This document shows positions 1-13,362 of a stretch of DNA of 34,640 bases, in pieces. The position numbers were made by a program, and so were the translations under genes. Under the pieces are notes generated by a model that was not told the DNA's origin, searched no databases, and saw only the letters and a program-made list of their open reading frames with translations. Every line of letters begins with the position of its first letter. Positions within the stretch are counted from its first letter, which is position 1. Source of the DNA: Catajapyx aquilonaris (Eukaryota); the NCBI GenBank assembly GCA_000934665.2, contig JYFJ02000999.1:62001-96640 (forward strand), written 5' to 3'.

Positions 1-392
1 CGTAAGTCTCCGACAGTCTTCTAAGGAATAGATGCATCACAAAAATGACTATCAGTAGTACTGATTCACTTGGAAATGATTACTACTTCTTGTTTAGCCT
101 AACCTTGAGAGTAATTTTTGCATCAGCACATCGCATGTCAGTGACGTACCTCATGAGCTGCTTCCTGGTGAATGTCTAACGGATCCTGTTCAAAATGAGT
201 GACATTTGCCACAGTCACCAGATGCTCTTCTTCCACTGGTTCTACTTTCACATCCACTTCATCAATGGTAAGGCCCTCGTAGAACTGCGCACACGGCTCC
301 TCCTTCAGCCGCAACTTCCACTCCTCTTCATCCGTGGTAATGCTCCCTTCATCATCATCTTCCTCCACTTCTTTTTTGATTTCCAACGACAT
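1..392 (-). CDS. Gene A (partial, runs off the left edge): acidic N-terminal exons of a cluster paralog
   Basis: ATG at 392 (MSLEIKKE...EQDPLDI) after acceptor ttttccag. Donor GAG|gtacgt at 150. Next exon starts at 20 (ttag|AAGACTGTCGGAGAC) and is homologous to gene B exon 3011-2892. The zinc-finger exon is presumably outside the window. Confidence 0.75.
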
Positions 393-575
393 GTGCCTGG
401 AAAATAATGGAATCGAACGCTGTCTATTATTCTATTCTAATCTATGATCCTTCAATCAACTGGTTTTCAGAAGTTACTAAAGGCAGGTACGTACACTCCA
501 GGTGGTTTTCTTGCGTCCATACAAATTTGTCCTCCTTCCAACCCACAGCTTCCCACTGCTGTCCCTTCTCCTTCC

Positions 576-635
576 TCAGAACGAGGCAAAAGAGAAGGAA
601 AAACAAGCCGAAAGTGACTCCAGAAGAGACGCCAT
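576..635 (-). other. 19-codon uORF (MASLLESLSACFSFSFASF*) starting inside a YY1-type motif, gene A leader
   Basis: ccaagATGGCG at 635, in-frame TGA at 578-576. Near-identical copies at 3665-3606 and 12265-12206. Confidence 0.6.
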
Positions 636-772
636 CTTGGATTGGAATAAAAAAAGAAAAAAAGGGTGCATTCCCACCGCCGAAAAGGAAAAGGGTGCAT
701 TCCCACCGCTGAACAACGTACAGGGATGGGATTAAACGCTATTAAGAAAAGAACAGCGACAAGTAACCGCTA
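631..772 (-). promoter_or_regulatory. Subfamily-1 promoter module: YY1/Pho-like GCCATCTTGG, 2x GGGTGCATTCCCACCGC, AACGCTATT/AACAGCGA/GTAACCGCTA block
   Basis: Same ordered motifs recur at 3661-3800, 9796-9915 (degenerate) and 12261-12435, each immediately 5' of a paralog. Confidence 0.6.
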
Positions 773-1093
773 TCATACCTAAAGCGTTGCAGTGCTCTCA
801 GTGATCTGAAAGTGGGCTAGGTAATTCGAACATACAATTAGAGAGAGAAAAAAATGACGTTTATTCTGCATATTAGTGACACTGACATCTATAGATAAGA
901 AGCAATACTGTAACAAAATTATTAGACTACCATTACATGGGTTTACACTGACGTATGATGGGGAATTCTGAATCAGATGACACCACAGAGTGCTAGACTA
1001 TGGAGCTCAAATGACAGGAGATGAAATCATGGGAGGCTAATGGTTGCGGATGTCACGACGCAAACTTGATGGGACGACACACTTTTTGCAAGC

Positions 1094-3413
1094 CTAACAA
1101 TCATGTGGCTTTTCTCGTATGCGAGCGCAATCATGTCTTTTTAAAGCCATCGAGCGACTAAACTTTTTCCCACAAATATCGCAACTGTAAGGTTTCTCTA
1201 CCATGTGAATTCTGACATGGGCGGAGAGAGAAGAGGAACCCATGAATGCTGCGTTGCAAACGGGACAACTGAATGGTTTCCATCCGGGATGGATTTTCAT
1301 ATGCTTTTTCCATTGATGTGAATAACAAAATGATGTCTTACAAATGTGACAGGTGAATGGTCTCTCTCCTCTGTGCGAACGCATGTGTTTTTCCAAACTC
1401 CTTGGAAGTACAAACTTCGCTGTGCAAATCTGGCACACATGTGGCTTATCTCGGGTGTGAGCAATCATATGGTGTTTTAAATAAGGTGCGCGAATGAACT
1501 CTTTTCCACAAATATCAGAACCATCAGGTTTCTCTTTCGCGTAAATTCTGACATGTGCAGACAGAGCAGACATATCACTGAATAATCCTTTGCAACCCGG
1601 ACACTTAACTGGTTTCCTTTTACGGTGGGTTCTCATATGTTTTCTCAAACGTCTTAAATGACCAAATGATGCCTTACAAACCTGACAGCTAAATGTCTCT
1701 CCTGTGTGCGTGTACATGTGTGTTTTCAAACCAGAAGGCTTTGCAAACGTTCTCTGGCAAACGTGGCAAACATTCACATGTCTGTTTACCTCCCCATGAA
1801 CATGGTAAGGAACCTGTTTTGCTGCTAAATGTTCACATACATGTTGTGTAAAATCAGATGATTCTGTAGAAGGTTTCTTGCAAAATCGACATACAGAAAG
1901 TTGATTGGCTGCACATGTCTTCGCACTTTTTGCAGAAGTAGATTCTGCATAAGAACCTCCCGTCCCAGTGTTACATCCACTTGGCTCCCCTAATATGCCA
2001 ATGTGTATCACGGTGGACATTTTTAGCTGCTTCCTCGACTGCAAGTTTTCTTCATCGGTCTGTTGTTGTTCCTGCAATATGCAAAAATATACTCGATCAC
2101 CCCAAGGCATTGTCATCATTACAGTCAAGCACTTTTTTTTTTTTTCAGAGATAGTTTCTACATATGTGTGCAGAAATGAAAGATGGTTGTCTAATTTTCC
2201 TCTTAGAAAGTGGTCAAACTAGGAAGGTCCATTGTTGACAAAAATTCTGCACATTTTTAGCTGCTTTACAACAACCAAAATGTATTAAATCACTTGCAAC
2301 AGTTCAAAATAACAGCTTGCATTCCTCTCCTCGAGGTTTTTAAAAAGGTGATAGCTGACCTCTACATTGACCAAATCAATTAAAATGGGGCAGCCTAAAA
2401 TTGAGAATGTTAATCACTGTGCTTTTTGAAGGTAGTGACGTTCAAAAAAATAACATTCATGTTTTAATATTTATCAGAGGAGAGGAATATGATTCACATT
2501 AAATGTGAGTTAGGCTCATATTCAGAAACTGAAACATACGGCAATGCAGATTATCCATGCTAATTAATGCACAAGTGCGCCTGGAAAACCGAAAATCACA
2601 GATAATTCAAAAATTATACACCATAAAAATGGGATAGATTCAGAGATTTTTAACAAGCTGCTGAATATACTGTATGCTGCTTTCCTATTGTTTAATCAAA
2701 ATAATATAACGTACCATATATTTTTAATTTATGTTCTTTAAAAAAAGTTCACCTGACATACTGACATTCTTTCGAACTTTTTTTATTTCTAGCAAGTCTT
2801 TTTTGGCAATGCATGTCAATATGCAACACATACAGTGTACTTATTGCTTATGCCTAGCCTTGAATGCAATTTTTGAATGAGGACGAAATACCTCACGGAA
2901 GATTTCATGGGAAATGCCAAAGGTATCCGGTGCAAACTGAAGAAGTTCTTCTCCGCTGTCCACGTCTTCCTCCACTGGCTCTTGCTCATGTAAGTCTCTG
3001 ACAGTCATCTTCTGAGAAATACATGCATCACAAAAATTTCAGAATTGATTGCATAGATCTATCAGGAACACTGATTTACTGGAAATGATTACTACTTCTT
3101 GCTTACGCCTTGCCTAGTAATTTTTGTATCATGGCAGAATTTCCAAGACGCAGCCACAGTGACGTACCTCATGGACGGCTTCGTGGGAAATGTCTAAGGG
3201 ATCCTGTTCAAAATAAGACACATCTGCCACAGCGACCAGATCCTCTTCCTCCACTGGCTCCACTTTGACATCCTCTTCTTTGACGGTGGCAAGGCCCTCG
3301 TAGAAGGACGCAGAGGGCTCCTCCTTCACTCTCAGCCTCCACTCCTCCTCCGTGGTGATGCTACTTCCATCATCATCTTCCTCTTCTACTTCTTCTTTGA
3401 TTTCCAATGACAT
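1094..3413 (-). CDS. Gene B: acidic-N-terminus C2H2 zinc-finger protein, ~447 aa, ~9 fingers (several degenerate)
   Basis: Exons 3413-3168, 3011-2892, 2071-1094, all GT-AG and phase 0, frame continuous. CxxC...HxxxH repeats with TGE/KP-type linkers. Confidence 0.8.
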
Positions 3414-3605
3414 GATCCTACAAAATAAATCCCAGTCAGGTTACACAGTGTGACTATAGAAGCGAAGCACGGCCTGTTTCCATGGTTTGATTGCCATGGA
3501 CAAACAGACAGGCAGGCAGACTATCCAGTTGCCCCACACCCTTTGGCCTCCACCTTCCAACCTACCTCTCCCCACTGCTCATCCTTCCTGTGCCTTTTTC
3601 CTTCC

Positions 3606-3800
3606 TCAGAACAAGGCGAAAGAGAAGGAAAAACAAGCACAAAGTGACTCCAGAAGAGACGCCATCTTGGATTAGGAAAAAAAAGAAAGAAAAAGAAAAA
3701 GGGGTGCATTCCCACCGCCAAAAATAAAATGGGTGCATTCCCACCGCTGAACAACAGACGGGGACGGAATTAAACGCTATTGAGAAAAGAACAGCGACAA
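3606..3800 (-). promoter_or_regulatory. Gene B promoter/leader module with 19-codon uORF (3665-3606)
   Basis: Copy of the 576-772 module with GCCATCTTGG and 2x GGGTGCATTCCCACCGC. Confidence 0.6.
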
Positions 3801-4077
3801 ATAGCTGCTTTGAAGGCATGGCTCTCAATGGTGAGCTTACTAATCATAGTCATTGCTCTAAAAATTAAACTAAATGACATTAGTTTAAACCAATAAGTTC
3901 AAAAATGCTCCAAACCCCATCAGTTATCTCGCAACCTATAGTAAAAACCTGGACGGCTGAAAACGGGAAGTAATTGAGAGAATTGATCAGGAAATAATTT
4001 TTTTAATGATTCAGGCCTCCAAATAACGTGATATGCGCCACATGCGCGAGTTCATGGAAGTTCCAAGTGGAAGATTC

Positions 4078-6362
<2,285 letters not shown>

Positions 6363-6520
6363 GATTCCTGCTTTGATGAGATGACAAGGATCCTTCTGTA
6401 GGTGTGTGTGTGTGTGTAGCTCGTCGGCAGGCAGCTTTGCCTGGATTAGGTCTGACGGGGGACCAAGCAAATCAAACCACCAACGACGACGAGAGGAACG
6501 AGGCGAATCTGTGGGGGTCA

Positions 6521-6675
6521 CATTTATACCCTCTGCGACGTCACGCCGGGTGGGATTAACATGTGACAGTTACCCGTTGAATGCGCGTGCGTGCCAGCCT
6601 CCTATTGGCTGGGATGCAACGTGGCTGGATGGTGTGAACCTGGCCTCGAGGGGCGGGAATGTCGCTGATTGGTCC
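6521..6675 (-). promoter_or_regulatory. Alpha-tubulin core promoter (TATA, two CCAAT boxes, GC box)
   Basis: TATAAA at 6528-6523, CCAAT at ~6604-6608 and ~6668-6672, GGGCGGG at ~6651, all upstream of the ATG exon. Confidence 0.65.
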
Positions 6676-7579
6676 GTTTGAACGAGGCGGTTTGCCCCGT
6701 TGCATGACGGGAAATATTACGTGTTGTGCAGCGTTGCCAAATTGTGCAACGTCTCTTTTCTTCTCGTGGCCCCATTTTTATCATCATTTTTTTCCCCCGA
6801 CATGTGTGCGAATATTCATTCGATGGGGGACATCGACCTACGCTGATATCAGACACAATGCAAGTTTCGCTGACCTATTTTTTTTAAAAAAAAAGGAAAG
6901 GCGGATAGATTAAATTATAGGGGCGGATAATCAAGTTCAAATAATAAACAGTTCAGATACCGCTTAATCGGCCATTGTGCCCCAATAAACGAAATTAACA
7001 TTTTCTTCAGCATAGCCAGAAACGGCCTGAACCTATGTGAAGGTTAAATACTTATTAATTAAATAGTATTAGCCCCGCCTTGTTTGGTGAGCAGTAATTA
7101 AAATTAAATGTTTGACCCACCGGTTCTTAATTAATAATTTGCTGGATTAAAATGGGGTGGGCCAATAAACCGGCAATAAACAGATATGATTACCAACCAC
7201 CTTATCGAGTAGTTGCACATGAGCCTTTGTCATAGCCACACTAATTATAGCTCATGGTGATATTGGGCAGCGTACGGATAGCAGCTCAGATAGCTTATCA
7301 GAAAGTGGTCAATGTTTCAGATAAGGACAAGTAAAATAACCTGTCAGACACTTCAAAAGTTTCGCGTCTGTAATATTCCTAAACAGTTTTATATGCTGCT
7401 GATGTCCTCTGATTGATGCAGGGAACTTGTCATATTTCATGGATTAACTAGCAAGATATTGCTAATTATCAGTTGATGAAAATTATCATCGAACCGAACT
7501 CAACAACAGAAAAAAAACCTTTACATAGCAATGAGATCAATGCGAATAACTACAGGGTGAGTCATTACTCATTTATTAT

Positions 7580-7800
7580 TTAATTTATGCTTAAAACTAG
7601 TAGCCGTACAAAATGCTACATTGCAAACGAGGCACTTATATGGCTTTTCTCCTGTATGAATGCGCATGTGTTTTTAACTCAGATGACCTACCAAACCTTT
7701 TCCCACAAACATCACAAGGATAAAACCTCTCCTTTGTGTGCCTTCTCATATAATGTTGGACCAAATCAGAAGAGTCAATAAATGTTGTCTTACAAACCTG
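7580..7800 (-). pseudogene. Decayed C-terminal fingers of gene C beyond the stop
   Basis: After GERPST-TGA the frame continues QVCKTTF...HYMRRH...CDVCGKRF, then a frameshift in an A run precedes [16 protein letters not shown]. Confidence 0.75.
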
Positions 7801-9573
7801 TCAGGTAGACGGTCTTTCTCCCGTGTGAGTACGCATATGCCTTGTAAGTACATATTTATGAACATATGCTTTCCCACATAAATGGCAACAAAATGGCTTC
7901 TCACCTGCGTGAATGCTCATATGCCTTTTCAAACCATATACACTTACAAATGCTGCCTTACAAACCTCGCAGATAAATGGCTTTTCACGGGAGTGCACCC
8001 AATTCTTATGTTCATTTAATTCAGTCAAGTCACTAAACAATTTCCCACAAAGGCGGCAAGGAAGTGGTGTAGGCCTATATTCAATGTGCACATACGAATG
8101 TTTGTTCAAAGCCAAAGTAGTAGTAAACTTTTTCTTGCAATGCTGACAACTATATAGAGTCAATCCTGCATGTCTTCTCATATGTATTTTCAAATTTGAT
8201 GAATCAGTAAACTTGGACTTGCAAATCTCACAACGGAAAGGTTTTTCACCAGTGTGACTTGGAATGTGTTTAGCAAGGGCAGAGACACATGCGAATCTTT
8301 CGCTGCAGTACAGACAACTATATGGTATTCCCCCTGCCTGCTTCCTCTCATCTACTGCCACATCAATTTGCAATTCATTGCATTTCGTGTCTTCCTGGGG
8401 ATTCCCTCCAACCGGTGGCGTAGTTTGTGTATCTGGATGATTCCACTTCACATTTTCAACACTATCCTTATCTTGTCCCTGAAAGATGCAAACATATCAC
8501 TTACAGTTGCCTGCATGATTGATATTCTCAATAAAATACATCCAACCGAACCCTTGTCACAAACTCGGACACTACAGGCAGATTCCACACACTGATCTGA
8601 TTCACATTCCTATCTAAAGTCCTTCTGTTCACGAGCAATAACCATTACCTGATATATTAGCAAATAATAATTCATCAACATCCTAATGATGTTCAGGAAA
8701 TTCAACTTTAGCACACTGCATGTGTACACACAAGCCCAGCAGTGAGATCACCAGTTCACCACTGTAATGGCAAGACTTGACATCGCTTTTACTTGTTGAA
8801 AAGTATTTATGAAAATTATAGAAAAAGGGTGCGGCACATTAACTGAGACTATTGCCGTAAATCTTGTTTTCACGTGCAAACTAAAATATTTCATTATTAA
8901 ATTGCATTGAAGTAGGATTCTATACGTGCATTTGAATAAGCCTACCTGCAGTTTAGGAACAGCACTGGGCTTCAGTGCCCGCCTCTTCTGGGGTACGTAG
9001 GGATATAGTGACTCCCTGTCGAAATGATCTATACACCCCCGATGATGTGCCTTGGGTGCATACGTTGGCGGTAAATTCAGCGCTGCTTGCCATTGGCGCA
9101 TCAAATGTTCCTTTCGACATGGAAATGAAAATAAACTGAGACGACCCTTGTGGCTGATTTCACTGCGCTGACAGACTACACAAAATCGACCATAGGAAGC
9201 ACCAACACCAGGAGCTTCCTGATCATCCAGCAGCGTCCGCATGTACGGGTATAACTGAAAAAGTCCAAAGTCATTGTAATATTTAGTAGCCCACTAGGGA
9301 CTAGGCCTAAGTAAAGTCATGACCCTGTACTTGTACCTCACTGGTGCCTTCATGTGCGAGTTCTAATGGATCAGCCTCGTAACCAGTGGCATTTGGAACG
9401 ATGAGCAGCTCCTCTTCCTCCATCTTAACCTCCTTGACATCCGCTTCAACTAACGCATGATGATTGAAGCATGCCGACGTGTCCTCCTTCAGCTGCAACA
9501 TCCACGTCTCCTCTACGTCAATGGTGTTTCCAACCACCTCCTCTTCCTTCACCTCTTTTTTGATCGCCAACAT
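7801..9573 (-). CDS. Gene C: acidic domain + THAP domain + 6 C2H2 fingers, ~407 aa
   Basis: Exons 9573-9337, 9254-8946, 8478-7801, GT-AG, phase 0. The middle exon has the THAP signature CVVC...LFSFP...W...CIDHF...LKPSAVP. A non-coding first exon ends at 9719 (gtgagt). Confidence 0.8.
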
Positions 9574-9718
9574 GGTCCTAGAAAATGTTTGTCAATCAGT
9601 TTAACATATGGGGGTAATTTTTGTCCCACTCATAGTTTAGTATGTACAGTACTAGTACGCGGGCCACATTCTGGAGTGCCTGCCTACCTTCCCCTCGAGC
9701 CACCCCTGCACGACTCAC

Positions 9719-9915
9719 CCTGAACCAGCACTTCCAGGCTCCAAAATCAAGCTCAAATCGATGGAAATGTGACGAACAAAGAGTGAGGAAAAGACGCCAT
9801 CTTGGATTGGGAATTTTTTGACGGGGTGCATTCCCACCCACGACACAAAGGCCTGCCAGGGAATCGATGGGACTAGGCGCTATTAAACAAATCACGCTAA
9901 ACTCAGTAACTGCTA
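9719..9915 (-). promoter_or_regulatory. Gene C first exon/promoter with 15-codon uORF (9800-9753, MASFPHSLFVTFPSI*)
   Basis: ccaagATGGCG at 9800, GGGTGCATTCCCACC at ~9824, donor G|gtgagt at 9719. Confidence 0.6.
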
Positions 9916-10199
9916 CTGAATAGCTGCTTCTCTATTAGGAAGCTATTTCAGATGATTAAATTATTTTTTAAAAAAAATCCTGTACCTGCAATTTTAACTA
10001 AGTGTTAATCATCGTATGCGATTTTTTTTGTTACTAATTAGAAGCTGGATGGCAGTTTCTTCTTGATACCATTTTGTTTTCTCAGCTCGTTTGTGAACAT
10101 CTGGTAAAAAAAGGGGGGAGGGGGACTTTTCAGTTCTGCTGGAATATCAATCTTTTTTTTTTCCATGTAATACAGTCACTCATTAACTAACAACAACAT

Positions 10200-10610
10200 G
10201 GTTTTCTCCTTTCACAAACATTACATGATTGTTACGACGCAATGCTCTCAGTCACTCATGAACTAAAATGCAAGTAACATCAAAATGCAATTTTTAATGT
10301 TCACTGTACTTTATTATATCTGAATGAGTAGCAGAAACAATTTAATTACCATCACATGGGTTTTTAACTATAGCTTTTGATGGTGGTTTGTGGGTTTAGA
10401 ATTTGACGACCCATAAAATACTATGTAGAGCTAGATAATGGGAGCTCAAATATTGACAGGAGCCGAAATTACAATCCTGTGTGAACCAACGTGTGTCTCT
10501 TCAAACTTGATGGATCGTTAAACTTTGATGGCCAGACCCGTGTGAGTTCTAACATGCATTTCCAATGCAGGTGAGCGATTAAACTTTTTACCACAATAAT
10601 CACGGCCGCA
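10200..10610 (-). pseudogene. Remnant of the 3' end of a C2H2 exon and its 3'UTR, paralogous to gene E
   Basis: 10469-10605 encodes PSKFNDPSSLKRHTLVHTGL, matching the end of gene E (13363-13530) with an internal deletion. 10200-10470 matches 13130-13370. Confidence 0.7.
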
Positions 10611-11105
10611 AGATTTTTTTTCTCCTGGATGGGCAGGACTGCAGGGTAGATCTTTAATTTTCCTAATGAATTTGGTCTAACTAGGAAGGTCCATTGTTCA
10701 CAAAGATTCAGCTGCTTTTCAGAAACCAAAGAGCACTAAGGCACTTGCAACAGTTCAAAGTAATTGCTTGCTTTCCTCTATGAGCTGTAAGGAAGAAAAT
10801 AGTATTGGTGGTATTCATAGTAATCTAATTTTTAAATATGGGATAGCCCAAAATAGTTGCTTCATAAATATTATATCTCTATATTGCCATTAATTAATTG
10901 ACTTATTCATACAGTGATTTTCTGGGTAATACAGTGTCTCATTCATCAGACATTTCTTATGTTATACTCCCTGAATGCCCTTTTGAATTGGTCAAAAGAT
11001 AGGGCTGCGTAACACCTTTTGCAGTAGTACTCACAATAGCCTTCATACAAAGTGTGTGAGCAGTGTTCACAAGAAAAATCAACTTTTTTAGGATTGTCTT
11101 TTCAA

Positions 11106-12099
11106 CTATAGCGACTCTGATAAGTGCGGCTGAAAGCCTAACTTTTCTACCTTCGGAAGAGCATGTGGCCGATTAGTATGCGTGCCTCTTCGATCACATG
11201 GAGATGTTAATCCCCGTTTCTTTTTATCAACTAGAACATCCACTTTCCCTCTTTTAATGCCGTGAATACTCATGAATGCAAGCTTGCACACACGACATTC
11301 AACTCCATTTGACAGAATAACACAGTAGGTAACAGTGCAGTTTCGCCCATTATCATCATTCTTGCTGGACCTGCGCTTGACAGGTGCAATCCTCACCAAA
11401 CTGAAGAGGTATGCTGCCTGAGAATTATAAGATTTATAACTATCTTTTCCATGTCCATTCCAATACTTATGGAAAATGTCCCTGCGGTCCTTATCAGACA
11501 CTCGTTGAAAGCATTTTAGTGGGCAGTGGCAGGCAGGCCCCATCTCTGCTGGTGGTTTGTCCTTCTGTGTACCTCGATACGTTTTGTGCTGTTGACCCAG
11601 AATTTGCTTGATACCACTTATTGACACACATTTGTTAGCAGACTTAAGTTCCTTCTGACTAGGTAGCTTGGGCTCTTCTGCATCTGTATTCTGAAAGAGC
11701 ATTGTAAAAAGGACGTCTTCAGTTTTCAGTGGTAGTGCTTTCTGCCCACTTGTTAACGATACATGAATCATAATTTTATAATTCAGTTTTCAGATAATCC
11801 TTGAAAGCAATTTTTGCATCACGTCAGAATTTAATAGACACCTCATGACAGTGACATACCTTATGGAAGGCTTCATGGGAAGTGTCTAAAGGATCCTGTT
11901 CAATATAAGACAGACTTTCCACAGCAACCAGTTCCTCTTCTGGTTCCACTTTGACTTCCTCATCATCCACTTCTTCTTTGAGGCTGGTAAGGCCCTCATA
12001 GAACTGTGCAGAGGGCTCCTCCTTCAGCCGCAACTTCCACTCCTCCTCCGTGGTGATGCTCCCTTCATCTGCCTCTTCCTTTTTGATAGCCAACGACAT
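11106..12099 (-). CDS. Gene D: acidic domain fused to a Chapaev/CMC-transposase-like N-terminal domain, ~274 aa, no intact C2H2 exon
   Basis: Exon 12099-11860 (MSLAIKKE...EQDPLD, donor AAG|gtatgt) and an exon from 11690 (ctttcag|AAT), phase 0. Motifs CHCPLKC, FHKYW, QAAYL, VKRR, RVCKLAFMSIHGI, DRRGTHTNRP. Alternative donor at 11151. Family assignment is from motif memory only. Confidence 0.65.
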
Positions 12100-12205
12100 G
12101 CTCCTTCGAAAGTGAAGAATCCCAGTGAGGTTGCGTAGTACGGAATCTAAAGCGCCAGTGCAATGCGCCCCACCCTTCGGCCGCCTTCCTGGTCCTTCTC
12201 CTTCC

Positions 12206-12435
12206 TCAGAACAAGGCAAAAGAGAAGAAAAAACAAGCAGAAAGTGACTCCAGAAGAGACGCCATCTTGGATTGGAAGAAAAAAGAAAGAAAAAGGGTGC
12301 ATTCCCACCGCCGAAAAGGAAAAGGGTGCATTCCCACCGCCAAAAAGGAAAAGGGTGCATTCCCACCGCCGAACTATGGACGGGGAATGGATTAAACGCT
12401 ATTGAGAAAAGAACAGCGATAAGGAGTAACCGCTA
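12206..12435 (-). promoter_or_regulatory. Gene D promoter/leader with 19-codon uORF (12265-12206) and 3x GGGTGCATTCCCACCGC at a 29-bp period
   Basis: Motif copies at 12295, 12324, 12353. Homologous to 576-772. Confidence 0.6.
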
Positions 12436-12617
12436 CCGATCATACACACCGCAGTTTAGCTATTCGCTTTAGTTATTAATTACTTTAATTAGGTCCCTAT
12501 TAACACAATGTCGCGCTTATTGCGGATAGCACGTTGGCACTCATTACCTGCAGGATGACAAGCATGCGGGTGACAACTCTTGGGTGCAGTGTGCTTAACA
12601 ACCTAAAAAAAGTCAAC

Positions 12618-13085
12618 TTACATAGCAATGAGATCAATGATGCAAATGATGAATTTTCATATGCATTTTCAAACCATATTGTTTATTAAATGTTCCCTTG
12701 CAAACCTCACATATATATGGCTTTTCACCTGTGTGCATCTGATTATGTTGTTTTAATTCAGTCAAGTGACTAAACAATTTCCCGCAAAGGCGGCAAGAAA
12801 ATGGTGTACGCTTATCTTCCACGTGCGCCAATGTAATATGTCTGCTCAAATCTGAAGTAGTAGTAAACGCTTTCTTGCAATGCTGACAACTATATGGTTT
12901 GGATCCTGCATGATTTCCCATATGTATTTTCAAATTTGATGAATCGCTAAACTTGGCCTTGCACATCTCACAGCGGAATGGTTTTTCCCCATTGTGACTT
13001 GGCATGTGTTTAGCCAGGGCAGAGACACTTACGAATGTCTTGCTGCAGAACGGACAACCGTATGGTATTCCCCCTCCCTGCTTAT
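12618..13085 (-). pseudogene. Orphan truncated copy of the gene C zinc-finger exon (5 fingers)
   Basis: GIPYGCPFC...GEKPFRCEMCKAKFSDSSNLKIH parallels gene C. The 3' flank TTACATAGCAATGAGATCAATG matches 7521. There is an in-frame stop just upstream and no 5' exons or promoter. Confidence 0.7.
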
Positions 13086-13362
13086 CTACCGCTTATCCGA
13101 CAGCTTATGAGGTATTGCATGGATTTTTGTGCTTTCACAATCATTACCTGATTGTTATGACGTAATGTCCTCAAGTCCCTCTCATAATTAAAATGTAAAT
13201 TAACAGTGAAATGCAATTTTTAAAGTTGACCGTACTTTATTATATCTGAATGAGTAGGAGTTACAATTTTATTGCCATTACGTGGGTTTAAATATTGCTT
13301 TTGAAGGTGGTTTGGGAGATTAAGGATGAGATGGCCCATAAAATACCGCAGATCATGGAAGC

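Noticed and set aside
664..709. GTGGGAA as a Su(H)/CSL site
   Set aside because: The context is GGTGGGAA, not the YGTGRGAA consensus, and subfamily 2 lacks it.
407..735. Recurrent short ORFs over the promoter modules (also 3450-3828, 12163-12472, 21986-22227, 26860-27236)
   Set aside because: They recur only because the promoter/leader DNA is duplicated; they are low-complexity and have no consistent frame.
6949..7190. Possible Tc1/pogo-type MITE relic
   Set aside because: The ends are too degenerate to define a TIR or TSD.
7801..7803. TGA at a zinc-ligand Cys position as possible selenocysteine or readthrough
   Set aside because: A single TGY>TGA change explains it, the downstream fingers have a further frameshift, and I identified no SECIS.
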